Shown here one piece after another: positions 1 through 7,734 of a DNA stretch of 64,000 nt. A program made the translations under genes and the position numbers. Under the pieces are notes generated by a model, which worked only from the letters and a program-made list of their open reading frames with translations, was not told where the DNA came from and searched no databases. Each line of letters starts with the position of its first letter. Position 1 is the stretch's first letter. The stretch is taken from the IMG/VR virus record IMGVR_UViG_3300010430_000003, positions 62,001-126,000 of that record. One strand, given 5' to 3'.

Positions 1-1
1 T

Positions 2-217
2 GAACCTAAAGATAATCTAATTCCTTTTATGGAGGGGATTGAATACCATCGTTCGGAAGGGGTGAGGATTTACAATACAAACGGAAACCGTTCTCAAACT
101 GAAGGTAACGAAGAGAACTATCATAGAAAGAAAATCAAAATTGAAAGATCGTTAGAAAAACTTCTTGAATGGGATCAGGGTGGATATTTCCACAAATACT
201 GTCATAGATATTTATGA
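2..217 (+). CDS. hypothetical protein, 5'-truncated by the window edge
   Basis: Frame is open from base 2 (EPKDNLIPF-MEGIEYH...) to TGA at 215-217. Confidence 0.5.
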   Translation, partial: EPKDNLIPFMEGIEYHRSEGVRIYNTNGNRSQTEGNEENYHRKKIKIERSLEKLLEWDQGGYFHKYCHRYL

Positions 218-423
218 ATTTATTGATTGCGCAATGTTATGTTAACTCTTGGATTGCATCATCTTTCGCGTGGCACACACCCGATCCGATGGTTTTTACT
301 CCAAAACAAAGAAAGACAGTGATGGGTTGGGGATATTTTCCCTTAAGAGCATATAAAGATATAAAACTCTCCATTAATATAATTTTGGAAAATATAAAAT
401 TCAATGACTTCTTTAAATGTTGA
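214..423 (+). CDS. small ORF of the dispersed hNxxh family
   Basis: Begins MNLLIAQCYV; ATGA overlap with the upstream stop; overlaps the gmk start. Confidence 0.6.
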   Translation: MNLLIAQCYVNSWIASSFAWHTPDPMVFTPKQRKTVMGWGYFPLRAYKDIKLSINIILENIKFNDFFKC

Positions 424-985
424 TATGAAAAAAGATATTAAACTAATTGTTATTTGTGGGCCTTCTGGTGTAGGGAAGACGTCAATTGCATCGTTTTTGG
501 TAAAGAGGATTTGGAATTCCTGTTTTTGTGTTTCTCATACAACTCGGAAATCTAGAATTACTGAAATGGATGGAATTGATTATTATTTTGTGTCTGAAGA
601 TAAGTTTGAACAAATGAAAAGCAATAATGAGTTTGCAGAACATGCCCATGTATATGGCCAACAATATGGAACATCATGGGATGTTGTTGAAGAAGACCTT
701 GAAGATGAAATCAAGATTCTTGATGTTGATTATAACGGCGCTGAAGCGATCTACAGTAGATATCCAGACAACACCATTGTCTTTTCTATATTACCACCTT
801 CAATCAAAGAACTCCAAACAAGGCTGAGGCTTCGTGGTACCGATTCTTTAGTTACAATACAGCAACGATTGTTGAGAATTGAAGAAGAGCTTGAATATGA
901 ATTGCAAGTTCCTCATGTGGAAATTATCAATTCAGATATGAGAGAAACCCAGAAAATGGTTATGAAATGTCTTCAACCTCAATAA
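404..985 (+). CDS. gmk: guanylate kinase
   Basis: P-loop GPSGVGKT, plus SHTTRKSR, DGIDYYFV and YGTS motifs. Confidence 0.95.
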   Translation: MTSLNVDMKKDIKLIVICGPSGVGKTSIASFLVKRIWNSCFCVSHTTRKSRITEMDGIDYYFVSEDKFEQMKSNNEFAEHAHVYGQQYGTSWDVVEEDLEDEIKILDVDYNGAEAIYSRYPDNTIVFSILPPSIKELQTRLRLRGTDSLVTIQQRLLRIEEELEYELQVPHVEIINSDMRETQKMVMKCLQPQ

Positions 986-1179
986 ATCTTGATGTGGTGC
1001 ATTCTTGGATATCTTCTAACTGGTATTGGTATGTTCAAACTCATCACTCTCGCGATCAGATAAATAAGAGGGAGAGTTTTATAGTAATACAAGACTATAT
1101 TGAGGTTGAGGAGATGATTGCTGAAGCTCTCCATGAAGGAATTCTTGATCTTTTTGAGAATGATTATTATGAATATTGA
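967..1179 (+). CDS. small ORF of the hNxxh family (tandem paralog A)
   Basis: SINLDVVHSWI; C-terminal EMIAEALHEGIL resembles the next ORF. Confidence 0.6.
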   Translation: MSSTSINLDVVHSWISSNWYWYVQTHHSRDQINKRESFIVIQDYIEVEEMIAEALHEGILDLFENDYYEY

Positions 1180-1354
1180 AATTGCACGTTTATGGTTCGT
1201 ATCATACTGGTGGGGATTTGTTGTTGATGATGCTTGTCATCATACTGTTGATGATAATTCAAGAACAAGTTATATGCATCTCACAATATGTGAAGACTAT
1301 TATGAAATGGTTGATGATGCTCTTTATTATGGAATTTTAAGTGTAGTTCAATAA
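1160..1354 (+). CDS. small ORF of the hNxxh family (tandem paralog B)
   Basis: MIIMNIEIARLWF...EMVDDALYYGIL; start at 1160 or 1169. Confidence 0.6.
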   Translation: MIIMNIEIARLWFVSYWWGFVVDDACHHTVDDNSRTSYMHLTICEDYYEMVDDALYYGILSVVQ

Positions 1355-1375
1355 TCATAAATCAAAATTTTAGAT

Positions 1376-1421
1376 AAAGCCTCTTGTTGTAGCTATTTAT
1401 TAGTGAATAACAAGAGGCTTT
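1376..1421 (+). promoter_or_regulatory. hairpin with late-promoter-like CTATTTAT in the loop and RBS in the 3' arm
   Basis: AAAGCCTCTTGTT (1376-1388) and AACAAGAGGCTTT (1409-1421) form a perfect inverted repeat; GAGG lies just before the TTG start at 1426. Confidence 0.75.
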
Positions 1422-1425
1422 TTCA

Positions 1426-2703
1426 TTGTCTGGAACATCACCTACATTACTGCCAGTTTCGTCAGTATCAAAGATTATCCTGCCGGCTACGGGTTCCACT
1501 CCCAATGTGACGGCTTCTATGCCTTTCGGTATTTATACTGATAGTGCATCTCCATTATATTCAACAGACTTCATTTCTGGCGCCGCCGATCAAGTTGCCT
1601 ATACCTATTGGAAAATGGTGGGTAATGGTCTTGATATTGAATTGTCTGAATATAATGTCTATGCTGCTTATGAAGAAGCAGTATTAGAGTATTCATATCA
1701 TCTAAATCTACATCAGGCCAAGAACTCTCTCGCAGACGTTCTAGGAGCCTCCACAGGGACTTTTGACCATGATGGAAACCTCAAGGACGGCGAACTTAGT
1801 TCATCGCTTGACGGCTCTCATGTGTCTCTTAAATACCCTAATTTTCAATTCTCTTATTCAAAGAAAGTTGGCATTGGAATTTCTCAAGAAGTTGGATTGA
1901 ATGGATATATTACTGAATACTCTGCTTCTGTCTCTACTACTGTAAATCAACAGGATTATGATCTTCAAGATCTTATTTCATCTCAAGCTGAGTTTTCGGG
2001 TGCAATTGGTGACAAGAGAATTATCATCAATAAGGTGTTTTATAAAGCTCCCCGTGCAGCTTGGAGGTTTTATGGATATTATGGTGGTTTGACAACTGTT
2101 GGCAACTTCCATAATTATGGACAGTGGGCTGATGATTCAATGTTTGAAATCATTCCTGTTTGGCACAACAAGTTGCAAGCAATGCAATATGAAAATGCAA
2201 TTTATACCCGTCTATCTCATTATTCTTATGAGCTTAAAAATAACAAGCTGAGAATTTATCCCGCACCCTCCCCAGTTGAGCCCGGAAGAATTTGGATTCG
2301 CTTTTATGTTCCAACGGATGCTTGGGAGGGAGATGGAATATCAGAAACTGGTATTAATGGAATTAATAACGTTAATACCCTTCCATATGGCAACCTTCCA
2401 TATGGGAATATTAATGCTATTGGTAAACAGTGGATTCGAGATTATGCTTTCTTTATCGCAATGGAGCAATTGGGATTTATCCGGTCAAAGTTCAATACGA
2501 TTCCAATTCCGGGTGAAAGTGTTACTCTTAATGGCACTGATTTAATTAACAGAGCAAAAGAAGAAAAAGATAGATTGCGAGATGAACTCAAAGATATTCT
2601 TGAAGACCTCACATATCAAAAGCTTGCAGAACGTGATGCTGATATAGCTGAGAATACAGAAAGAGTGTTATCTAAAGTTCCAATGGCCATTTATGTGGGA
2701 TAA
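1426..2703 (+). CDS. neck/head-tail adaptor protein (T4 gp13-like)
   Basis: N-terminal LDIELSE and C-terminal WIRDYA...GFIRSKFNTIPIPGESVTLNG...A.EE...L...L, typical of gp13-like neck proteins; first gene of the structural block. Confidence 0.8.
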   Translation: MSGTSPTLLPVSSVSKIILPATGSTPNVTASMPFGIYTDSASPLYSTDFISGAADQVAYTYWKMVGNGLDIELSEYNVYAAYEEAVLEYSYHLNLHQAKNSLADVLGASTGTFDHDGNLKDGELSSSLDGSHVSLKYPNFQFSYSKKVGIGISQEVGLNGYITEYSASVSTTVNQQDYDLQDLISSQAEFSGAIGDKRIIINKVFYKAPRAAWRFYGYYGGLTTVGNFHNYGQWADDSMFEIIPVWHNKLQAMQYENAIYTRLSHYSYELKNNKLRIYPAPSPVEPGRIWIRFYVPTDAWEGDGISETGINGINNVNTLPYGNLPYGNINAIGKQWIRDYAFFIAMEQLGFIRSKFNTIPIPGESVTLNGTDLINRAKEEKDRLRDELKDILEDLTYQKLAERDADIAENTERVLSKVPMAIYVG

Positions 2704-2705
2704 AT

Positions 2706-2993
2706 ATGAAAAAATTATTTGAAAGTTGGAGAGGGTTTTTAAAAGAATCTCAAATGCCATCAAACTTGCAAGCCGTTTTGAAGGGTGCTGAATACACTGT
2801 TTTGAACTTACATGACGCGGAAGGTGAATTGGCCCATGTAATAAAAGTAACTAAGGTGGGTGGCAGTGCTACAACTGTTGGGAATTGGTGGTACGATTCA
2901 GAGTGGCGCTTGCATAGATTAAATGGACCAGCCATTGACACACCACATCAAAAGGCATGGTTTTCACATGGCGAGAAGCAGGATAAGAGATAA
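2706..2993 (+). CDS. small protein with capsid-targeting-like N-terminus and an LHRxxGPA motif
   Basis: MKKLFESWRGFLKE; LHRLNGPAI. Confidence 0.65.
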   Translation: MKKLFESWRGFLKESQMPSNLQAVLKGAEYTVLNLHDAEGELAHVIKVTKVGGSATTVGNWWYDSEWRLHRLNGPAIDTPHQKAWFSHGEKQDKR

Positions 2994-3511
2994 TGTCTGA
3001 TTCTGATAATACAAATAAATGGAATGGTCTTGATGCTCCTCCCCCTCCAATGTTTCTTGGACAGAAGGAGAGAGACTTTCAAAAGCAAATTGCTGAAGAA
3101 CTTACTGAAAGAGTTATTGGGCAAGGACTTCTTTATTTTCCAATTGATATCGAGAGGACAAACTACCACCCCATCTATGGAGAAGCCCCAGTAAAAACAT
3201 TCCTTCATCCTATTCGTGCATATGCCCTTGTTTTATGGCAAGGTATGGAAACTACATATGAAAGCAATGTTGGAATTGACTCAAGGGCTTCTTTAGAGGT
3301 AAAGTTTCATAAAAGAAGAATATCAGAAGATCAGAATATTTTTGTTAGAGCGGGTGATTTCATTATGTGGGGTGATTCATATTATCGCATTAATAACGTT
3401 TCCCAACCTCGCCTTTTATGGGGTCAATCAGATCAACGTTTTGAAATAGTGGCAAAAGCAACAAAAGCCCGTCGCGGGCAGTTTAATCCATATGATGAGA
3501 CTAGGAAATGA
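2993..3511 (+). CDS. head closure/neck protein (T4 gp14-like)
   Basis: YFPID...HPIYGEAPVKTF, VRAGDFI; located after the gp13-like gene. Confidence 0.7.
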   Translation: MSDSDNTNKWNGLDAPPPPMFLGQKERDFQKQIAEELTERVIGQGLLYFPIDIERTNYHPIYGEAPVKTFLHPIRAYALVLWQGMETTYESNVGIDSRASLEVKFHKRRISEDQNIFVRAGDFIMWGDSYYRINNVSQPRLLWGQSDQRFEIVAKATKARRGQFNPYDETRK

Positions 3512-4470
3512 GACTACAAGAACGAGAAAAGGATCTTCGGGCCAATGACATTCTTGAAATCTTTATTCGTGAATTTTATAATATGCTTAATTTTAAAAAT
3601 TCTATTCTAGATCCTGTCATAACATGCATGGATTACAATAGGCCAAATAGAGTCTTCAGAGTTCGTGGTCATAACAATTATGAAGCTACTTTAGATAAGC
3701 TTCAAGGAAAATGGCCTGATATCAAAGATCATCAAATATTGCCAATTCATATGATGTTTGAATTGCACACTTTCATGAAGACACATGTTTCTAGTTACGA
3801 GGTTGGCGATGCATTTCCAAAAATGATAATTAGGTATGATCAAGATGATTTTTATTTTGCTTATGATTATGCAAATAAGACAGTTAGATTTGATTTGAAA
3901 GCTCAATTATATAAACAAAAGTTTGAAAAGTATAAACAAGGCTTAAAGAATTTTGATGATATTGAAACATTTTATGTGTTGGTTGAAAACACTCTCTTTA
4001 AAGGTGATATACCAAACACGACCCTTATTCATGAAATGAGCCATATGTTTGATGATCTTATGGAATTTGATTTATCGGTAGTTGGAACACCACAAGACAT
4101 TGATAGCGTTGATCCCAATCTCGAACCAGAAGAAGCAGAAAGGGAAAAGAAAAGAAGAATGAAAGTGTATCTTAATGATACAAGAGAAGTGGAAGCTTGG
4201 ATTAGACAAACAGTTTTCCCATATTACAAAGAAAACATCGGACTCTTCCAGTACGTTGCTGAAAGGTTAATTGCTGGTCAAGATGTCAATTTCTTAATTG
4301 GTGATATAATCAAAGATATGATTCAAGAATTTAAAGAAATGGAAACTTCACATGGAACATCTGTTTGGGATGAATATACAGAGAAAACTAAAACAAAAGT
4401 TTCTAAGAGAATGTTTCAAGCTATAAACTCTCTTTTGAGTCGTGAGGTAGATAAACTTGCCAATTACTGA
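3508..4470 (+). CDS. putative zinc metallopeptidase-like protein
   Basis: TLIHEMSHMFD (HExxH) with downstream YLND..EVEAW. Confidence 0.55.
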   Translation: MRLQEREKDLRANDILEIFIREFYNMLNFKNSILDPVITCMDYNRPNRVFRVRGHNNYEATLDKLQGKWPDIKDHQILPIHMMFELHTFMKTHVSSYEVGDAFPKMIIRYDQDDFYFAYDYANKTVRFDLKAQLYKQKFEKYKQGLKNFDDIETFYVLVENTLFKGDIPNTTLIHEMSHMFDDLMEFDLSVVGTPQDIDSVDPNLEPEEAEREKKRRMKVYLNDTREVEAWIRQTVFPYYKENIGLFQYVAERLIAGQDVNFLIGDIIKDMIQEFKEMETSHGTSVWDEYTEKTKTKVSKRMFQAINSLLSREVDKLANY

Positions 4471-5260
4471 ACATGATATAAAGTTTGAACCCTCAACGCT
4501 AGAAAACATCGATACTGCTTTTTATAAATACGTTGAGAATTTGAAGGTTGGTGTAACTACCAATGAAGGGTGGAAACTTGTGCCTGTTATTTGGCAGGGG
4601 GCTGAAAAAGCATTTCAAATTAAAAATGATAAAGAGATTCGTGATGATAACGATATGCTCATAATGCCGCAGATCACAGTTTTGAGAACATCGGCAGATA
4701 AGAAACTTGATCGAAAAGGAATTTTTCTAAATGATAGTGCTGTGCAAGATAAGTTGCAAGGTGGAGAAATCATTATATCTCAGAGGATCAATCAAGATAA
4801 GACTGCAGCCTTTGCAAACAGTAGAGCACTTGAAGTTACAAAAGGTAAGTTGAATTTCAAAACAGCGGCAAGAGAGAACGAAAGAGTTGTATATCAGTTT
4901 CTTTCTATTCCTACACCTGTGTATCTTGATTGTAATTATGATATTGTTGTCAGGACAGAATATCAGGTACATATGAATGATATTATGAGTGTGTTTTATT
5001 CAACAGTTGGATCGCTGAATTACTTTTTAATTGAAAATGCTGGATATCGCTATGAGTGTTTTTATGGACAAGAGTTTTCAAGTGATTCAAATATCTCTCA
5101 ATTTGATGAAGAAGAAAGAATGTTTAAGACCACCATCCCCGTAAATGTGTTGGGATATATTATTGGTTCTGATAAAAATGAAGATAGGCCCAAATTGACT
5201 ATTAAAGAGAACCGCGTCGATATCAAAATTAAAGAAACAATTATTGGTTCTGACGATTAA
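4457..5260 (+). CDS. tail terminator/sheath stabiliser (T4 gp15-like)
   Basis: VPVIW...LIMPQITV...PTPVYLDCNYDI...MNDIM pattern; neck-tail context. Confidence 0.7.
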   Translation: MPITEHDIKFEPSTLENIDTAFYKYVENLKVGVTTNEGWKLVPVIWQGAEKAFQIKNDKEIRDDNDMLIMPQITVLRTSADKKLDRKGIFLNDSAVQDKLQGGEIIISQRINQDKTAAFANSRALEVTKGKLNFKTAARENERVVYQFLSIPTPVYLDCNYDIVVRTEYQVHMNDIMSVFYSTVGSLNYFLIENAGYRYECFYGQEFSSDSNISQFDEEERMFKTTIPVNVLGYIIGSDKNEDRPKLTIKENRVDIKIKETIIGSDD

Positions 5261-5289
5261 ATATAATGTAATATATTATTGGGTGTCAC

Positions 5290-7734
5290 ATGTCCTTAAA
5301 AGACTTATTTGCAACAAATAAAACAAAAGCGTTTATAACATATGAAGCAAGAAGAGCATCTTCCGATGTAGAAGGTGAAATTCCTGCACTTGACCTTTAT
5401 GGTCAAATAGGATTATATGGTAGGATTGATTATGCCTTCAATGCCGTGTATCCATCCGAAGCTTTCTTAAAAGAAATTGAAGATGGAATGTTTGCTTTGA
5501 ATTTTGTCTCCGATGCCTATAAAGACTTTCAAGAACATTTTGTAAAGCTCCGACAACTAAATAAACTCGCAAGTAAAAACACAAACCTTAAGACTATTAA
5601 AGCAACTGCGAGTTGGAGAAGCCTCCCAGAAGCTCATCATAAATACACTAAGATAGTGTTTGATACATTCTTTCAAACTTATGGAAAGAATCTTGGCACT
5701 GTTAGCATTGAAGAGTTTATCAATGTATTTTATCGATTTTTGAAAGATTCTCGTGACTCTCTTGTTCTTACAAGAACTTCATTTATTGAATCATCAATGT
5801 ATGATCCTTTGATGTCAGCCCTAATGATTGAATTGGCTGAAGAAGATAAAGGTGATGATACAATTAAAAGAAAATATTATGAAGATCCTAATTTTGATAT
5901 TTATCAAAAGGTATTAAGAATTTATGGATTCAAGAATGATAAAAATCATCCTTGGAGAATAATTGCAGATATTGAATCTGCTCCAATGCTTCGATATATG
6001 GAAAAATATGGAGTTAATAATAAAACCATGTTTGATGAATTCTTTTATCGAAGTTATGAATTGGATATGGATATCATTCAAGAATATATTCGTGAATATT
6101 ATAACTATCATGATGTTGAAATGTCGAAGAGAAAGCCTGCAATTATAAAAGAAGAAAGGATTGCTCTCCCAAGTCCAAACTTTGAAGACGGGGCGATTCA
6201 ATTAACTGACATATCAAAATATTCCGATATATTGGAGACTAAAGAAGTCAAAACAAAACCAGTTTTGGTTATAAATCTTAAAAAAGAGCAAAAGCCAAAA
6301 TCATTAAGTTCAACCTCCTCTAAGTTTGGGGAGACAGCACCGGAACCTCCGCCGGAACCTCCGCCGGAACCACCACCACCAAGTCTCGATGACTTCCCTG
6401 AGCTTTTATATGGTTGGGAAAGCACTAGTGGGTTAGGGACTCCCGCTTTGGAGGACCAGATCCAAACATGGGAGCCCGTGGTGGGAACGGAAGATCTAAC
6501 CCAAGCAACTTTGGCCAAACGCCCAAGGTTTATTCCGGGTGCCTATACATCCAGTGGCAACCCGCTTGTTTGTTTTCTAAACAACTCGAATGCCGCCAGT
6601 ATGGAAACAGGCGCCATTACAACACTGCCCCAGCCTTACACAAAAATTGTAGTATTCATTGATCCCGCTCAAGACTCTCTTAACGGGGGGCTACACTCGT
6701 ATGTTTCGTCTCCCGGTAGTGGTCGTGGGTATTTGGGTAGGAATGGTAATGCCGCTGACAAATTTAGCTACAATATTAATGGCGGAAACACCGTGGATCC
6801 GGGTGTGGATACGGGACCCCTCCCAGACAACCGAGTTAGTGTTGCTTTTGCCCGTTTTGACGGCACAAGTTCTAGCGTGTGGTCAAATGGAACGCAGGGC
6901 TCCGATGTAGATGCTGGTACTAATTCTATTGTCCAGCTTAGGGTGTCAACCGGTCCTAGTGATATAGAAAGTGGCAACTGCTATATGATTGCACACTATA
7001 TATGGGACGGCTCTATCACGGCTGATAGACTGACGGATTTCGTAGCATATCTAGACTACTGGTTTCGACCATCGTGGTCGCAAGGTTCTACGTTTCCGAC
7101 ATTCACATCAACAGATGCATTCGAATTAGATGCCACAGACCTCACCGAAGGCGACGGCGTCACCATCACCTCGAACTGGGTCGATCGCGAGAATGGTTAT
7201 ATCTTCGCGCCCACAGGCGCACCAACAATGGATATAGATGGCGGTCCTCGTAAGCAAAAGGCAGTTGTATTTGACGGGACTGCGGGGGACTGGTTTCAGA
7301 ATACTGCGGATGTAACATGGTCACAACCCGGTACAATTATTGCGGAGTTTAAGTATGACGGAGCTGCGCCCGGCTTCCACATTACAGATGGAGTTAACGG
7401 AAGTCAAAGGTGGGCAGTCTGGGCAAGCGCACTCTCACCCGCAGCCTATGCTGGTGCAACAATTCAGAACGCAAATGTTCCTTTAGTGACAGGATTGGGC
7501 TGGAGGCATAATGCCTGCGTATTCGACGGCTCAAACAGTTCAGTGTTCGTTGACGGAATCCTTGAGTCCACTGGCAATGCTGGTACCCAGACACTAGGTG
7601 GCGGCTTACGCATAGGTAATAACTATCTTAATAGTGGTGCTGTTAAAGGGACTCTTAGCTGGATAGCTGGTTGGGATATTGCATTAACCCAGACGCAGGT
7701 TCTCGAAGTGTTGAAATACCGTGGCCTGATATGA
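5290..7734 (+). CDS. virion protein: phage N-terminal domain + Pro linker + two LamG/ConA-like domains
   Basis: PEPPPEPPPEPPPP linker; FDGTSSSVWSNG and WRHNACVFDGSNSSVFVDG...LRIG...GTLSWIAGWDIALTQTQV are LamG-like. Confidence 0.65.
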   Translation: MSLKDLFATNKTKAFITYEARRASSDVEGEIPALDLYGQIGLYGRIDYAFNAVYPSEAFLKEIEDGMFALNFVSDAYKDFQEHFVKLRQLNKLASKNTNLKTIKATASWRSLPEAHHKYTKIVFDTFFQTYGKNLGTVSIEEFINVFYRFLKDSRDSLVLTRTSFIESSMYDPLMSALMIELAEEDKGDDTIKRKYYEDPNFDIYQKVLRIYGFKNDKNHPWRIIADIESAPMLRYMEKYGVNNKTMFDEFFYRSYELDMDIIQEYIREYYNYHDVEMSKRKPAIIKEERIALPSPNFEDGAIQLTDISKYSDILETKEVKTKPVLVINLKKEQKPKSLSSTSSKFGETAPEPPPEPPPEPPPPSLDDFPELLYGWESTSGLGTPALEDQIQTWEPVVGTEDLTQATLAKRPRFIPGAYTSSGNPLVCFLNNSNAASMETGAITTLPQPYTKIVVFIDPAQDSLNGGLHSYVSSPGSGRGYLGRNGNAADKFSYNINGGNTVDPGVDTGPLPDNRVSVAFARFDGTSSSVWSNGTQGSDVDAGTNSIVQLRVSTGPSDIESGNCYMIAHYIWDGSITADRLTDFVAYLDYWFRPSWSQGSTFPTFTSTDAFELDATDLTEGDGVTITSNWVDRENGYIFAPTGAPTMDIDGGPRKQKAVVFDGTAGDWFQNTADVTWSQPGTIIAEFKYDGAAPGFHITDGVNGSQRWAVWASALSPAAYAGATIQNANVPLVTGLGWRHNACVFDGSNSSVFVDGILESTGNAGTQTLGGGLRIGNNYLNSGAVKGTLSWIAGWDIALTQTQVLEVLKYRGLI
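6340..6380 (+). repeat. 12-bp tandem repeat encoding a PEPP linker
   Basis: CCGGAACCTCCG x2 followed by CCGGAACCACCACCACC. Confidence 0.85.
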
